In this document: in pieces, positions 33,737 through 34,244 of the stretch
Layout of the letters: each line of letters opens with the position of its first letter
How positions within the stretch are numbered: the first letter of the stretch is position 1
NCBI GenBank assembly: GCA_016783345.1
Contig: JADHWT010000002.1
Location: forward strand, 1 to 34,244
Reading direction: 5' to 3'
Length of the DNA stretch: 34,244 nt
Source of the DNA: Candidatus Omnitrophota bacterium
GTDB taxonomy: Bacteria > NPL-UPA2 > BS750m-G34
The notes under the pieces: generated by a model
The model's database searches: none
The model's input: only the letters and a program-made list of their open reading frames with translations
Told to the model about the DNA's origin: nothing
Made by a program: the position numbers and the translations under genes

Positions 33737-34244
33737 ATGGAAAAGATTAAGGTTATAATTTATGGATGCGGTGTTATGGGGCGAAGGACTGTTGAGGCGC
33801 TCCTTGATAAAAAAAGTTTTGAGATTGTCGGAGCCATAGATATAAACCCCGAACTTATAGGGAAAGAGTTAGGAGGCGTTAAAATTCAAAAGGATGCCGA
33901 TGAACTTTTTTCTAAAGTAGCAAAGCATGCCCATGCTGTTGTGCTTACCACGACGTCTCATTTAAAGAGCGTATTTCCACAAATAACCCAATGCCTGAAA
34001 GCTCGTTTGAATGTTATCTCTACCTGCGAAGAACTGTCCTATCCATGGAAGTCTAATCCTGAACTTGCCGAAGAGATTGATAACCTGGCAAAGGAACATA
34101 AAGTCACTGTGGTAGGGACAGGCATTAACCCCGGCTATTTAATGGATACCCTTCCACTTATGCTTACTGCCCCCTGCCTCAAGGTAAAATCCATTAAAGT
34201 AGTACGAATGATGAACTCTGCCAAACGCCGGATCCCTTTCCAGG
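33737..34244 (+). CDS. DapB-like NAD(P)-binding protein (dihydrodipicolinate reductase / amine dehydrogenase-like), 3' end outside window
   Basis: My own translation: MEKIKVIIYGCGVMGRRTVEALLDKKSFEIVGAIDINPEL...TCEELSYPW...VVGTGINPGYLMD. The frame is open to the window end. Not in the ORF track because no stop is reached. Confidence 0.65.
   Translation, partial: MEKIKVIIYGCGVMGRRTVEALLDKKSFEIVGAIDINPELIGKELGGVKIQKDADELFSKVAKHAHAVVLTTTSHLKSVFPQITQCLKARLNVISTCEELSYPWKSNPELAEEIDNLAKEHKVTVVGTGINPGYLMDTLPLMLTAPCLKVKSIKVVRMMNSAKRRIPFQ

Noticed and set aside
1-34244. A search by eye for CRISPR arrays, tRNA/rRNA/tmRNA genes, transposases, integrases, phage genes and known defence-system genes.
   Set aside because: - No regularly spaced direct repeats were found.
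- No cloverleaf-like GC-rich segments appear in the intergenic gaps.
- No ORF carries DDE, tyrosine- or serine-recombinase, or nuclease/helicase defence signatures.
- The only accessory-type module is the small TA pair.

Overview
This is a bacterial chromosomal segment, moderately AT-rich by eye (not computed). It is densely packed, and almost every supported gene is on the + strand. Content is mostly housekeeping. In order: an HD-GYP signalling protein (5'-truncated), argS, lipB-lipA, hom-thrC, purM, priA, and a convergent minus-strand TPR gene. Next comes an FMN-riboswitch-controlled riboflavin operon (ribE, ribBA, ribH, nusB), then PHP and histidine phosphatases. A small DUF4258/zinc-finger toxin-antitoxin pair and a secreted Cys-motif protein follow. 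After that come a SAM hydroxide adenosyltransferase, cobU, an SDR and pdxB. An archaeal-type dehydroquinate pathway pair (aroA'/aroB') follows, then a pilin-like ORF, ispD, ispF, cysE, a LysM/YkuD transpeptidase and accA. Next is an RsbW-like kinase + STAS antagonist + PilB/GspE ATPase operon. The window ends with a ROK regulator and a DegT aminotransferase / ceramidase-like / Gfo-Idh-MocA / DapB-like cluster. I saw no rRNA, tRNA, CRISPR array, transposase or integrase. The most unusual signal is a roughly 95-137 nt sequence present four times: 12060-12155, 17502-17638, 26491-26607 and 29908-30032. It is always on the + strand, always intergenic, and always ends in the Shine-Dalgarno of the next gene. 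It folds into two long hairpins with variable tips and three compensatory base-pair changes between copies. I do not recognise it as any known RNA family. A second, unrelated 41-nt repeat (37/41 identical) lies at 19669-19709 and 26001-26041. All protein calls rest on motifs read in the supplied translations, and no database search was possible.
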